Of a DNA stretch of 64,000 nt, positions 42,059 through 51,718 are shown one piece after another; the stretch's first letter is position 1; each line of letters starts with the position of its first letter. Source of the DNA: Candidatus Oxydemutator sp. (GTDB lineage: Bacteria; Pseudomonadota; Gammaproteobacteria; Poriferisulfidales; Oxydemutatoraceae); the NCBI GenBank assembly GCA_965203445.1, contig OZ241883.1, positions 1,408,001 through 1,472,000 on the forward strand. Reading direction: 5' to 3'. The position numbers and the translations under genes are program-made. Below the pieces are notes generated by a model. That model was not told the DNA's origin. It saw nothing but the letters and a program-made list of their open reading frames with translations, and did not search any database.

Positions 42059-43783
42059 ATGGAGACGACCTCAACGCAAATTTCGGGCGCAACGGCAGCC
42101 GTTCGTCGGGCGAACGCCGTGGCCGCGTTGTGCCTGTGCCTCGGCGCCTGCGCCTCGCCGTCGCCGTATTCGGGGGCGTTCGACGCCGCGCCCGGGCCTG
42201 AGACCATAGCCTTGTCCGACGGCGTCTATCAATTTCTGGCCGGCGATCTGTCGTTGCGTTACGGCAACGTCGAGGAGGCGCTCGCGCATTACGGCGAGGC
42301 GTTGGCGCACGGCCCCGACCCGGCGTTGTTTCGGGCCGCGATCTCGATTGCGGTGCAAAACGAGCTCTATCCGCAGGCCGCGCAACTAGCCGAGCGCTGG
42401 CGCCGTCTTGCGCCGGACGATCTCCAGTTGAACAAGACGCTGTTTCTGATCTATCTGAAATTGGAGGACTACGAGGCGGCGCTGTCGTACCTCGAGATCA
42501 TAATCGGCGACGACTGGGCGCCGGCGCCGGACTATTCGTCGCTGTGGCCGCGCAGCATAGGGGCCGAACAGAGTTTGCAGTACGCCGGCGCGTTGCGCGA
42601 CCGGTTCGCACAAAATGCAAAGGCCCATCTGCTCTATGCGCTCGTCGCCTTCCGCTACGGTCGCTATCAGGAAGCGGCCGACTCGGCCGCGCGCGTGTTG
42701 TCGTTGCGGCCGAATTTTTCCGCGGGCCACCTGATCAGGGCCGATGCCCTGTTCCAGCTTGGTCACGCGCGAGAGGCGCTGCTTTTGTTGCGCCGCCAGG
42801 CCGAGCGGCACCCGCGCGACCGTGCCTTATTGCTGAAAACGGCCGCCGCCCACTGGCGCCACGACCAGGAGCACGTCGCCTACGAGTTGTATCAAAAAGC
42901 GCATCGGTTGTATCCGGACGACCCTGAGGTGCTCCAGGCGTTAGGCGTGCTGCGGTTGCACCGAGGCGAGCATCACCAGGCGCGCGATTTGTTCAAGAAG
43001 CTTGGGACGCTCGAGGCGGAGCGCAATCGTTCTGCGTATTACCTGGGGCGCGTGGCCGAGGATGAGGGCGACCTGCCGTCGGCGCTCGAACGCTACCGCG
43101 CCGTGACCTCGGGGCCTTTCTACAACGAGGCGCGCATCGGGCAGGCGCGCGTACACCAGCGGCGCGGGCGCGCCGATCTGGCGCGCGCGCAGCTGGCGAC
43201 GGCGCGCCAGCGCGCGCAAGATCCGCAGGCGCGCATCGCGCTGTTCATCGCCGAAGCCGAAATGCTGGCCGAGGCGCAGGACAAAGAAGCGGCGTTCGGC
43301 GTCTATACGCGCGCCCTGGCCGAATACGCGAACTCGCCGAACCTGCTGTATTCGCGCGCGATGCTGGCACTTTCGATGGATCGCTTCGGGGTCTTCGAGA
43401 GCGACCTGAAGAGCATCATCGAGCGCGACCCGGTCAACTGGCGCGCGCTCAACGCTCTCGGCTACGTGCTGGCCGACCGCAACGAGCGCCTGCACGAGGC
43501 GCGCGACTACATCCGGCGCGCGCTCGCGCTGCAACCGGAAAGCGCGGTGATACTCGACAGCATGGGCTGGGTCGAGTTTCGTCTGAACAACCTGGCGGGC
43601 GCCAGGGACTTCCTGCAAAGGGCCGCGGACAAGACGCGCCACCCCGAGGTCATGGGGCACCTGGTCGAGGTGTTGTGGGTGCAGGGAGAACGGGCGCGCG
43701 CGCTCGAAATGTTGGAGCAGGCGTCGCGCGAGTTTCCGGACGACGAATATCTGGCGCGCCTGCGCCGGATGCACGCGCGGTAG
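42059..43783 (+). CDS. Tetratricopeptide repeat lipoprotein
   Basis: Lipobox LGAC, TPR pattern, ALNALGY.LAD, DSMGWVEF; conserved position between hemA and lolB. Confidence 0.85.
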   Translation: METTSTQISGATAAVRRANAVAALCLCLGACASPSPYSGAFDAAPGPETIALSDGVYQFLAGDLSLRYGNVEEALAHYGEALAHGPDPALFRAAISIAVQNELYPQAAQLAERWRRLAPDDLQLNKTLFLIYLKLEDYEAALSYLEIIIGDDWAPAPDYSSLWPRSIGAEQSLQYAGALRDRFAQNAKAHLLYALVAFRYGRYQEAADSAARVLSLRPNFSAGHLIRADALFQLGHAREALLLLRRQAERHPRDRALLLKTAAAHWRHDQEHVAYELYQKAHRLYPDDPEVLQALGVLRLHRGEHHQARDLFKKLGTLEAERNRSAYYLGRVAEDEGDLPSALERYRAVTSGPFYNEARIGQARVHQRRGRADLARAQLATARQRAQDPQARIALFIAEAEMLAEAQDKEAAFGVYTRALAEYANSPNLLYSRAMLALSMDRFGVFESDLKSIIERDPVNWRALNALGYVLADRNERLHEARDYIRRALALQPESAVILDSMGWVEFRLNNLAGARDFLQRAADKTRHPEVMGHLVEVLWVQGERARALEMLEQASREFPDDEYLARLRRMHAR

Positions 43784-43790
43784 GGCGGCG

Positions 43791-44453
43791 GTGCGCGGAC
43801 GACGACGACGGGCCGCGCTCAGGTGCTGCCTCCTGGGCGCGGCGCTGGCGTGCGCCGCTTGTGCGCCGAGGCAGCAACCCGACGCGGCCGCGCCCGTGCC
43901 CACGGCCACGGCCGAACTGCTGACGGCGCAACGTGCGCGCGTAGAAAGCCTGCGGTCGTGGAGGGTGCGCGGCGACATCTCGATGCGCGGCGGCGCTTCG
44001 ACGCGTGGCTGGCGCGGGCGATTTTATTGGGAACAGGCGGGGCGGCGTTTCAAGATGCGCTTGTCGAGCATGATCGGCGGCACGCTGATGATGATCAGCG
44101 GCGAGTTCGGCGGCGAGGTGAGCGCGATAGCGGCCAACGGCGACCGCCGGCGCGCCGACACGCCGGAACAACTGGTGCGCGAGATGTTGGGCGTGAAAGT
44201 TCCGGTTACGAATCTGCGCTTCTGGATTGCCGGCGCGCCGGCCTACGGCGCGCGCGCCCACGACGCGCGCGCCCACGGGGATCGGTTGCGCTCGTTCGCG
44301 CAATCCGGCTGGCGCGTGCGCTACGCGGCGTGGCACTCTCCGCATCAGCTCCCCGAACGCATCGTATTGTCGAACGAGCGCGCGGACGACGGCACCTCGA
44401 TTGCGATCTCGATTCGCTCGTGGGAGGACGTGACCTGGATCGCGCCCCGGTGA
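43791..44453 (+). CDS. lolB: Outer membrane lipoprotein LolB
   Basis: Lipobox CAAC, LG.KVPV.NLRFWI.G, QSGW.V.Y; precedes ispE. Confidence 0.85.
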   Translation: MRGRRRRAALRCCLLGAALACAACAPRQQPDAAAPVPTATAELLTAQRARVESLRSWRVRGDISMRGGASTRGWRGRFYWEQAGRRFKMRLSSMIGGTLMMISGEFGGEVSAIAANGDRRRADTPEQLVREMLGVKVPVTNLRFWIAGAPAYGARAHDARAHGDRLRSFAQSGWRVRYAAWHSPHQLPERIVLSNERADDGTSIAISIRSWEDVTWIAPR

Positions 44454-44481
44454 ATGTGCACTGATGAAAGCGCCTCGATAA

Positions 44482-45387
44482 ATGTGCCCTGCTGAAGGCG
44501 CTCTGGTGAAGGCGTCGCCGTCCGCCGCGAGCGTCTGGCCCGCGCCCGCCAAGCTGAATCTTTTCCTGCACGTCACCGGACGCCGCGCCGACGGGCGCCA
44601 CGACTTGCAGACGCTGTTTCAACTGCTCGATTATTGCGACGAAATCACGATAGCCGCGCGTGCGCGCGGCGGCGTGCACGTCGAATGCGACGCCGATATT
44701 CCGCCCGCCGACAACCTCGCGCGCCGCGCCGCGCTGCTGCTGAAGGACGCGACCGGCACGTCGCGCGGCGCCTTTGTTACGGTCGCAAAGCGCATACCGC
44801 AAGGCGCCGGTCTCGGCGGCGGCAGTTCGGATGCGGCGACGGTGCTGCTCGCGTTGAACCGGCTTTGGGAATGCGGGCTTGAGCGCCGCGATCTGGCGCG
44901 TCTCGGCGCGCGTCTCGGCGCCGACGTGCCGGTCTTCGTCGGCGGGCGCAGCGCCTGGGCCGAAGGCACCGGCGAGCGGCTGTCGCCGATGGAACCGCCG
45001 CCGCGATGGTACGCGGTGTTCGTTCCCGCCGTCGTGGTCTCGACCCGCGAGATGTTCCAGGCGCCCGACCTGCGCCGCGACTATCCGAGCGTGACGCTTG
45101 CGGACTACCGCGCCGGCGCCACCGTCAACGTCTTCGAGGAACTTGCGGCGGCGCGCCATCCCGAGATTGCGCGCGGCCTGGACTGGCTGAGCGGCCACGC
45201 ACCGGCGCGGTTGACCGGCACCGGCGCCGCTTTCTACGCCGCTTTCGAGCGCGAAGAGCAGGCCGGCGCAGTCCTCGCGCGCAGGCCCGCCGGACTTGGC
45301 GGCTTCATCGCGCGCGGCGTCGCCGAATCGCCGCTGCACCGCAGATTGGGCGAAAGATTGGGCGAAATCGGGGCCGACGGGCTATAA
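44482..45387 (+). CDS. ispE: 4-diphosphocytidyl-2-C-methyl-D-erythritol kinase
   Basis: PAPAKLNLFL, KRIPQGAGLGGGSSDAA, LGADVPVF. Confidence 0.95.
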   Translation: MCPAEGALVKASPSAASVWPAPAKLNLFLHVTGRRADGRHDLQTLFQLLDYCDEITIAARARGGVHVECDADIPPADNLARRAALLLKDATGTSRGAFVTVAKRIPQGAGLGGGSSDAATVLLALNRLWECGLERRDLARLGARLGADVPVFVGGRSAWAEGTGERLSPMEPPPRWYAVFVPAVVVSTREMFQAPDLRRDYPSVTLADYRAGATVNVFEELAAARHPEIARGLDWLSGHAPARLTGTGAAFYAAFEREEQAGAVLARRPAGLGGFIARGVAESPLHRRLGERLGEIGADGL

Positions 45388-45398
45388 TTGGCACGGGT

Positions 45399-45473
45399 TG
45401 GGCCGTCGCCAAGTGGTAAGGCACCGGGTTTTGATCCCGGCATTCGCAGGTTCGAATCCTGCCGGCCCAGCCA
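45399..45473 (+). tRNA. tRNA-Gln (anticodon TTG)
   Basis: Cloverleaf TGGGCCG...CGGCCCAGCCA, anticodon arm CCGGG-TTTTGAT-CCCGG, GTTCGAATC; TATAAT upstream. Confidence 0.95.
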
Positions 45474-45494
45474 CTTTCTACTCCGCGCACGTCT

Positions 45495-46457
45495 ATGGAT
45501 TCTCACGCAGCGACGATGTCGGTTTTCTCCGGCGGCGCCAATCGCGCGCTGGCCGAGAAAATCGCGGGCGCCATCGGCCTGGCGCTCGGGCGCGCCACCG
45601 TCGGACGTTTCAGCGACGGCGAGGTGCAGGTCGAGATCCACGACAACGTGCGCGGGCGCGACGTGTTCATCGTGCAGCCGACGTGCGCGCCGACCAACGA
45701 CCACCTGGTGGAATTGCTGATCATGATAGACGCGCTGCATCGGGCGTCGGCGGGGCGCATCACCGCGGTCATTCCGTATTTCGGCTACGGGCGCCAGGAC
45801 CGGCGCGCGCACTACATGCGGGTGCCGATCTCGGCCAAGGTCATCGCCAACGTCATCAGCAGCGTGCAGGCCAACCGCGTGCTGATAGTGGATCTGCACT
45901 CCGACCAGGTGCAGGGGTTTTTCGATCTGCCGGTGGACAACGTCTATGCGTCGCCGGTGCTGCTCGAGGACATCCGCGCGCGCAACCACGACGACATGAT
46001 CATCGTCTCGCCCGACGTCGGCGGCGTGGTGCGCGCGCGCGCGCTGGCCAAGCGTCTCGACGACGCCGGCCTTGCGATCATAGACAAGCGGCGCCCGCGG
46101 CCGAACCAGAGCGAGGTCATGAACATCATCGGCGACGTCGCCGGCAAGTCGTGCGTGATCATTGACGACATCGTGGATACCGCCGGCACTCTGTGCGAGG
46201 CCGCGGCCGCGCTGAAAGAGCAGGGCGCGGTCAAGGTGCTGGCCTACGCGACCCACCCGGTGCTTTCGGGCGGCGCCGTCGCGCGCATCGCCGCCTCGGC
46301 GCTCGACGAACTGGTCGTCACCGACACGATTCCGCTGTCGCCGGACGCGGCCCAATGTGCGCGCATCCGCCAGATCAGCATTTCCTCGATGCTGGCGCAG
46401 GCGATACAGCGCATCAACCGCGAGCAATCCATCAGCAGCCTGTTCATGGATCTGTAG
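45495..46457 (+). CDS. prs: Ribose-phosphate pyrophosphokinase
   Basis: [32 protein letters not shown]. Confidence 0.97.
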   Translation: MDSHAATMSVFSGGANRALAEKIAGAIGLALGRATVGRFSDGEVQVEIHDNVRGRDVFIVQPTCAPTNDHLVELLIMIDALHRASAGRITAVIPYFGYGRQDRRAHYMRVPISAKVIANVISSVQANRVLIVDLHSDQVQGFFDLPVDNVYASPVLLEDIRARNHDDMIIVSPDVGGVVRARALAKRLDDAGLAIIDKRRPRPNQSEVMNIIGDVAGKSCVIIDDIVDTAGTLCEAAAALKEQGAVKVLAYATHPVLSGGAVARIAASALDELVVTDTIPLSPDAAQCARIRQISISSMLAQAIQRINREQSISSLFMDL

Positions 46458-46568
46458 AGCGGCGGCGTTTGCCGGCGCAGCGGCCTGACAGCGGCGCGCG
46501 GATGGAGTATCATGCGCCGCCGCCCCACTTGGGGAACAAGAGGACGCGGGAACGACGGGGACAAAGAC

Positions 46569-47234
46569 ATGCAAAAAGAATTTGAAATCAGCGCGCGGCC
46601 GCGCGACGACGTGGGCAAGGCCGTAAGCCGCCGTATGCGCGGCGCCGGTCTGGTGCCGGCGGTGGTGTACGGCGGCAAGGGCGAGGCCGTGTCGCTTGCG
46701 CTCAAGCACAGCGAACTGGTGCAGCACCTGGAGCACGAGGCGTTTTATTCGCATATCCTGACGCTCAAGGTCGGTGCCAGGCAGGAGAAGGTCATCCTGC
46801 GCGACCTGCAACGCCACCCGAGCGAACCGCGCGTGCTGCACGTGGACTTCATGCGCGTTACCACCGACCAGCGCATCACGATGAACGTGCCGCTGCATTT
46901 CATCAACGAGGACGCCTGCATCGGCGTCAAGCAGCAGGGCGGTATCGTAAGCCACCTGCAAACCGAGGCCGAAGTCTCGTGCCTGCCGCAGGACCTGCCC
47001 GAGTACATCGCGGTCGACATCGAGAAACTGGAACTCGGCCACTCGTTGCACCTGTCCGACGTAACGCTGCCCGAGGGCGTGACCCTGGTCGCGCTGACGC
47101 ACGGCGAGGAAGCCGACCACGCGATAGTGTCGGTCATCAAACCGCGCGTCGCCGCGATGGAGGAAGAGGAAGCCGCGGCCGAGGGGCAGGCCGAGGAAGG
47201 CGCCGCGGAGGAGAAGGAGGGCGACGACAAGTAA
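46569..47234 (+). CDS. rplY: 50S ribosomal protein L25/Ctc
   Basis: GKAVSRRMR..GLVPAVVYG, QRHP, HVDFMR, acidic tail. Confidence 0.95.
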   Translation: MQKEFEISARPRDDVGKAVSRRMRGAGLVPAVVYGGKGEAVSLALKHSELVQHLEHEAFYSHILTLKVGARQEKVILRDLQRHPSEPRVLHVDFMRVTTDQRITMNVPLHFINEDACIGVKQQGGIVSHLQTEAEVSCLPQDLPEYIAVDIEKLELGHSLHLSDVTLPEGVTLVALTHGEEADHAIVSVIKPRVAAMEEEEAAAEGQAEEGAAEEKEGDDK

Positions 47235-47250
47235 CGGAGGTTTTTCTCGA

Positions 47251-47508
47251 ATGGATCCAAAACAAGAAATTGTAGACAAAAACTATGCCGCTTTCCGCAA
47301 GGCATTGCCCGGGATTATGCAGCAGCAGGCCGGCCGCTTTGCGCTGATGCGGCACGCCGAGATCGTTGATTTTTTCGATACCGCGGCCGATGCGGTCACG
47401 ACCGGAAAACATCTTTACAAAGACGGCGAATTTTCGATCCAGAAAGTAACGCAAACGCCCATCAATCTTGGGCGCTTCTCGTATGCCGGGTATTGGGGAG
47501 TTCGATAA
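47251..47508 (+). CDS. Small hypothetical protein (DUF5678-like, tentative)
   Basis: 85-aa ORF with GGAGG RBS; NYAAF..LP.I....GRFALM. Confidence 0.5.
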   Translation: MDPKQEIVDKNYAAFRKALPGIMQQQAGRFALMRHAEIVDFFDTAADAVTTGKHLYKDGEFSIQKVTQTPINLGRFSYAGYWGVR

Positions 47509-47609
47509 TAAAGGCGGAAATTGTTGATTGGATGGGGCTGGGGCGCAAGTGACGTCGAGTTCTCTGCAATAATGTGATATGACATTTTGTTAATTAAAAG
47601 TAAAAGTTT

Positions 47610-48098
47610 TTGATGCTGCCGCCGAATCCCAATACGAGAGATTTTAGTTGGGACGTTTCTGAAGTTGCTTCTGCACTAAAGATTTCAAAGAAAGATGTTC
47701 TGACCTATTTTACTGACGGCAGGAGGGTTTCGTTTCTTCTCGAACGCAGAATCGCGTACGAGGTTTTTAAGGGTACTGTGGCTGCCAGTGAGGGAGCCGG
47801 CTATGACGTGCTTGACCAAGATAATCGGAAGTGGGAAGTCCGAAGCATATCTGCTAAAGGGGTGTATTTTTGCCCTAGCTATATGGTAGGTTCGGGTAGG
47901 CGATTTAATGAACAAGGGTTTTTAGAGAAACTGGATCAAATAGCCGGCTATGCACTATCTGATATTTCTAAGTTTCCTACTATTCCTTATTGGATTGTTC
48001 CTACGAAAATTGTGTCAAATTGGTGGGGGGAGGGGCGGTTGGGCAAAACGACCAAAATCACTCGAGACAAAGCAATGGAATTATTGAGGGAATTATAG
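47610..48098 (+). CDS. Putative PD-(D/E)XK restriction endonuclease
   Basis: AT-rich; GYDVLD...WEVRS motif; directly upstream of a methyltransferase. Confidence 0.55.
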   Translation: MMLPPNPNTRDFSWDVSEVASALKISKKDVLTYFTDGRRVSFLLERRIAYEVFKGTVAASEGAGYDVLDQDNRKWEVRSISAKGVYFCPSYMVGSGRRFNEQGFLEKLDQIAGYALSDISKFPTIPYWIVPTKIVSNWWGEGRLGKTTKITRDKAMELLREL

Positions 48099-48106
48099 AG
48101 GGATTT

Positions 48107-49384
48107 ATGCTGGATCCTCAGTCTTCACTTTTATCAGATAACTTGACAGCTGCTCGCAAGCTGACCAGCGAAGAGTTTCAATCCGCATTATGTGGATTTA
48201 ACGAGTTCGACAAAGAAACCTCCGTCCAATCTTTCTCTGGTTTTGATGACGGACTCCCGGTGTTCGTCAACGAGTTCTGGACTGCGAAGCAGAGGGCGGC
48301 TTGTGCGCTGCATGAGATTTCTTATCGGGCCTGCTTCAAGCCCCAGTTGCCCCGCTTTTTCATCCGGCGTCTGACCGATCCCGGGGAGGTCGTTTATGAC
48401 CCGTTCATGGGGCGCGGCACCACCGTGATCGAGGCCGCGCTGCTCGGCAGAAAGCTGGTCGGTTGCGACGTCAATCCGCTGAGCCGCATTCTGGTCAAGC
48501 CGCGCCTTTCGCCTCCGGATATGCACCGGATCGAGCGTCGCCTGGCGATGCTCGACCTGGGGCGCGCTCCCGGCGAGATGCGCGACGACCTCCTGGTTTT
48601 TTACCACCCGAAAACGCTGCGCCAGATTGTAAATCTGCGGAACTATCTGCTGGACAAAGAGGCCGCTGGAAAACTCGACGAAGTGGACGACTGGATCAGG
48701 ATGATTGCGACGAACAGACTGACGGGACATTCGCCGGGTTTCTTTTCGGTGTACACTTTGCCGCCCAACCAGGCTTTGTCCGTAGAATCGCAACGCAAGA
48801 TCAACGAGAGGCGCAACCAGACTCCGCCTGAAAGAGACGTGGTTGCCATTGTCCTGAAAAAAAGCAGGTCTCTTCTGGTCGGGGTTGATTCCGCCTGTAT
48901 CGGGCGGCTTGAGGAAATTTCTTCCGGCGTTCAGCTTTTGACGGGGAGCGCCGATGCCACTCCCGAAATACCGCATTCAAGCGTCAGTCTGGTCGTGACT
49001 TCTCCCCCTTTTCTCGACGTGGTCAATTACTCGAAGGATAATTGGCTTAGATGCTGGTTCAACGGTATTGATGCCGCGGCTATTCCGATATGGCAGTTCA
49101 AGAAGGCCGAGGATTGGCAAAAGGCGATGAACAAGGTCTTTGTCGAGATGCACCGGATATTGGCGCCCGGCGGCTTCGTCGCGTTTGAAGTCGGCGAGGT
49201 GCGCGGGGGGACGTTACCGATGGAAACCCTGGTTGTTCCGGCGGCCGCGGCGGCGGGCTTGCACCCGGTTTTGATCATGATCAACGATCAGCAATTTACG
49301 AAGACGGCAAATTGCTGGGGTGTTTCCAATTTGCGCAAGGGAACAAACACCAACCGCATTGTCCTGCTTCAGAAAAGGGATTAG
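48107..49384 (+). CDS. DNA methyltransferase (N4-cytosine-type SPPF motif)
   Basis: YRACFKPQLP, DPFMGRGTT, then VVTSPPF. Confidence 0.85.
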   Translation: MLDPQSSLLSDNLTAARKLTSEEFQSALCGFNEFDKETSVQSFSGFDDGLPVFVNEFWTAKQRAACALHEISYRACFKPQLPRFFIRRLTDPGEVVYDPFMGRGTTVIEAALLGRKLVGCDVNPLSRILVKPRLSPPDMHRIERRLAMLDLGRAPGEMRDDLLVFYHPKTLRQIVNLRNYLLDKEAAGKLDEVDDWIRMIATNRLTGHSPGFFSVYTLPPNQALSVESQRKINERRNQTPPERDVVAIVLKKSRSLLVGVDSACIGRLEEISSGVQLLTGSADATPEIPHSSVSLVVTSPPFLDVVNYSKDNWLRCWFNGIDAAAIPIWQFKKAEDWQKAMNKVFVEMHRILAPGGFVAFEVGEVRGGTLPMETLVVPAAAAAGLHPVLIMINDQQFTKTANCWGVSNLRKGTNTNRIVLLQKRD

Positions 49385-49436
49385 ATTTTCGCGCCCAGTT
49401 TCCCGACGATGATAGATCCATGCAGGGGAGAGCACG

Positions 49437-50018
49437 ATGACTGAAACCGCCGGCATCCGCCTCGTCGTCGGCTTGGGCAACCCCGGCGACGAGTACGCCG
49501 GCAACCGCCACAACGCCGGCGCGTGGTTTGCCGACCGTCTCGCGCGCCGGCACGGGGGCGTTTTCAAAAGCCGCGGCAAATTGCTCGGTTCCAGCTGCCG
49601 CATCGAGGCGGGTTCGCGCGCGCTGTGGTTGTTCAAGCCCTCCACTTTTATGAACGACAGCGGGCGTGCGTTGCGGGCGTTCGCCGATTTTTACAAGATC
49701 GAGACGCGCAATATGCTGGTCGCGCACGACGAGATTGATTTTGAGGTCGCTAAGACGCGCCTCAAACGCGGCGGCGGCCACGGCAGGCACAACGGCCTTG
49801 TGGACGTCATTCGCCACCTCGACGCCGATTTCTGGCGTTTGCGCGTAGGCGTCGGCCACCCGGGCGACCGCGACAAGGTGGTGCGCCACGTGCTGAGCGA
49901 CCCGGGCGGAGACGACACCGCCGCGATCATGGCCGCCATCGAGCGCGCCTGCGACGTGGTCGAGCGCTTGGCGGAAGGCGACTTCGACGCCGCGATGACC
50001 GCGCTGCATACCGACTGA
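49437..50018 (+). CDS. pth: Peptidyl-tRNA hydrolase
   Basis: VGLGNPG, RHNAG, KPSTFMN, GGHGRHNG. Confidence 0.96.
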   Translation: MTETAGIRLVVGLGNPGDEYAGNRHNAGAWFADRLARRHGGVFKSRGKLLGSSCRIEAGSRALWLFKPSTFMNDSGRALRAFADFYKIETRNMLVAHDEIDFEVAKTRLKRGGGHGRHNGLVDVIRHLDADFWRLRVGVGHPGDRDKVVRHVLSDPGGDDTAAIMAAIERACDVVERLAEGDFDAAMTALHTD

Positions 50019-50029
50019 GGAGACGGCGC

Positions 50030-51121
50030 GTGGGCTTCAAGTGCGGCATAGTCGGCCTGCCGAACGTCGGCAAATCCACGTTGTTCAACGCGGTGACCCG
50101 CGCCGGCGTCGCGGCGGAAAATTATCCGTTCTGCACGATTGAACCGAACGTCGGCATCGTCGCGGTGCCCGATTCGCGCCTCGACAAGTTGGCGGCGCTC
50201 GCGCGTTCGGCGCGCAGCGTGCCGACGGTGCTCGAGTTTGTGGACATCGCCGGCCTGGTCGAGGGCGCGGCGCAGGGCGAGGGGCTGGGCAACCGCTTTT
50301 TGTCGCATATCCGCGAGACCGACGCCATCGCCCAGGTGGTGCGCTGCTTCGACGACGACGAGGTCGCGCACGTCGCGGGCCGCGTCAATCCATTGTCCGA
50401 TCTGGAGACGATCAACACCGAACTGCTGCTGGCCGACCTCGAGGTCGTCGAGCGCGCCGTGGCGCGCGCCGACAAGAGCGCCAAGGCCGGCGGCAAGGAA
50501 ATGCTTGCGAGAAAGGCCGCGCTCGAACGCCTGCACAGGCAGCTCGCCGCCGGCGACGACCTGCGCAACCTCGACGCGGACGAGAAAGAGCGCGCGCTGA
50601 TGCGCGAGTTGAACCTGGTGACCGCCAAACCGATGCTGCTGGTCGCAAACGTCGGCGAGGCCGACATCAAGGACAATCCGCACCGTTTTGCCGTCGAGGA
50701 CTACGCCGCGCGTCACGGGTTCGGCGTGGTCGAGGTGTGCGCCCAATTCGAGGCCGAGCTGGCCGGCCTGCCCGCGGACGAACGCGGCGAGTTTTTGCGG
50801 GACGCGGGGTTGGCCGAGGCCGGCCTTGACCGCGTAACGCGCGCCGGCTACCGACTGCTCGACCTGTTGACGTTTTTCACCGCCGGCGAGAAAGAGGCGC
50901 GCGCGTGGACCGTCGCGCGCGGCGCGCTGGCACCGCAGGCTGCCGGGCGGATACACGGCGACTTCGAGAAGGGCTTTGTCCGTGCCGAGATCATCGCCTA
51001 CGAAGACTACGTCGCCTGCGGCGGCGAACAACAAGCCAGAGACGCCGGCAAATGGCGCCTCGAAGGCAAGGACTACGCAATCCAGGAAGGCGACGTCGCC
51101 CACTTCCGCTTCAACGTTTGA
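50030..51121 (+). CDS. ychF: Redox-regulated ATPase YchF
   Basis: GIVGLPNVGKSTLFN, NYPFCTIEPN, terminal FRFNV. Confidence 0.97.
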   Translation: MGFKCGIVGLPNVGKSTLFNAVTRAGVAAENYPFCTIEPNVGIVAVPDSRLDKLAALARSARSVPTVLEFVDIAGLVEGAAQGEGLGNRFLSHIRETDAIAQVVRCFDDDEVAHVAGRVNPLSDLETINTELLLADLEVVERAVARADKSAKAGGKEMLARKAALERLHRQLAAGDDLRNLDADEKERALMRELNLVTAKPMLLVANVGEADIKDNPHRFAVEDYAARHGFGVVEVCAQFEAELAGLPADERGEFLRDAGLAEAGLDRVTRAGYRLLDLLTFFTAGEKEARAWTVARGALAPQAAGRIHGDFEKGFVRAEIIAYEDYVACGGEQQARDAGKWRLEGKDYAIQEGDVAHFRFNV

Positions 51122-51318
51122 GTGGGCGGGGCGTCAGGAAGTGCGCTCCACGTGGTTTTCCGCAAGCGGCTTGGGGAGAAGCCGTGCGGCCTTAAGCCTT
51201 TACTACTTAAGGGCCTATAGTGATCTCCCTTGAGTGATTTTCCTTGAGGAAGCCGCTGTAGTAGAATGCTTGAGCAACAAGCGGCCATTTTCTGCATGGC
51301 CGACTGCGAGGGATAAAA

Positions 51319-51516
51319 ATGGCAAAAGTGGATAAAAAATATAAACATCGTGCGATAGGCAAAGTCGTCAGAGAAGGCATGCCCACGATGTACGTTACCC
51401 ATACTGGCGGCTGGTTCGCCGACGTTGACGAGTTGCTGCGCGATGAGAAAGTACAGCGGTTGTTCAAAGAAGCCGCCTCTCTGGTTCTGCATGAGAAAGA
51501 AAGAGATTCTTCTTAA
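51319..51516 (+). CDS. Small hypothetical protein
   Basis: 65-aa ORF with GAGGG RBS between ychF and the CRISPR array. Confidence 0.4.
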   Translation: MAKVDKKYKHRAIGKVVREGMPTMYVTHTGGWFADVDELLRDEKVQRLFKEAASLVLHEKERDSS

Positions 51517-51718
51517 ATCCGCCGATTTGTCCGGCGGGTAATATCGGCAGTATTTTCCCGTGTAGATTGGTGTGTTTATTATCCCTGCCTTTTCAATGTT
51601 TGAGTGGGTTTCGTAGTGGCGACTATGTGTCCTATATATTGTTTCATTTTCTTAAGAACGTAGTTGCGGGGGGGGGGGGGGGGGGCACTTATTAAACCTG
51701 AAAGGGCTGATGTGGTTG

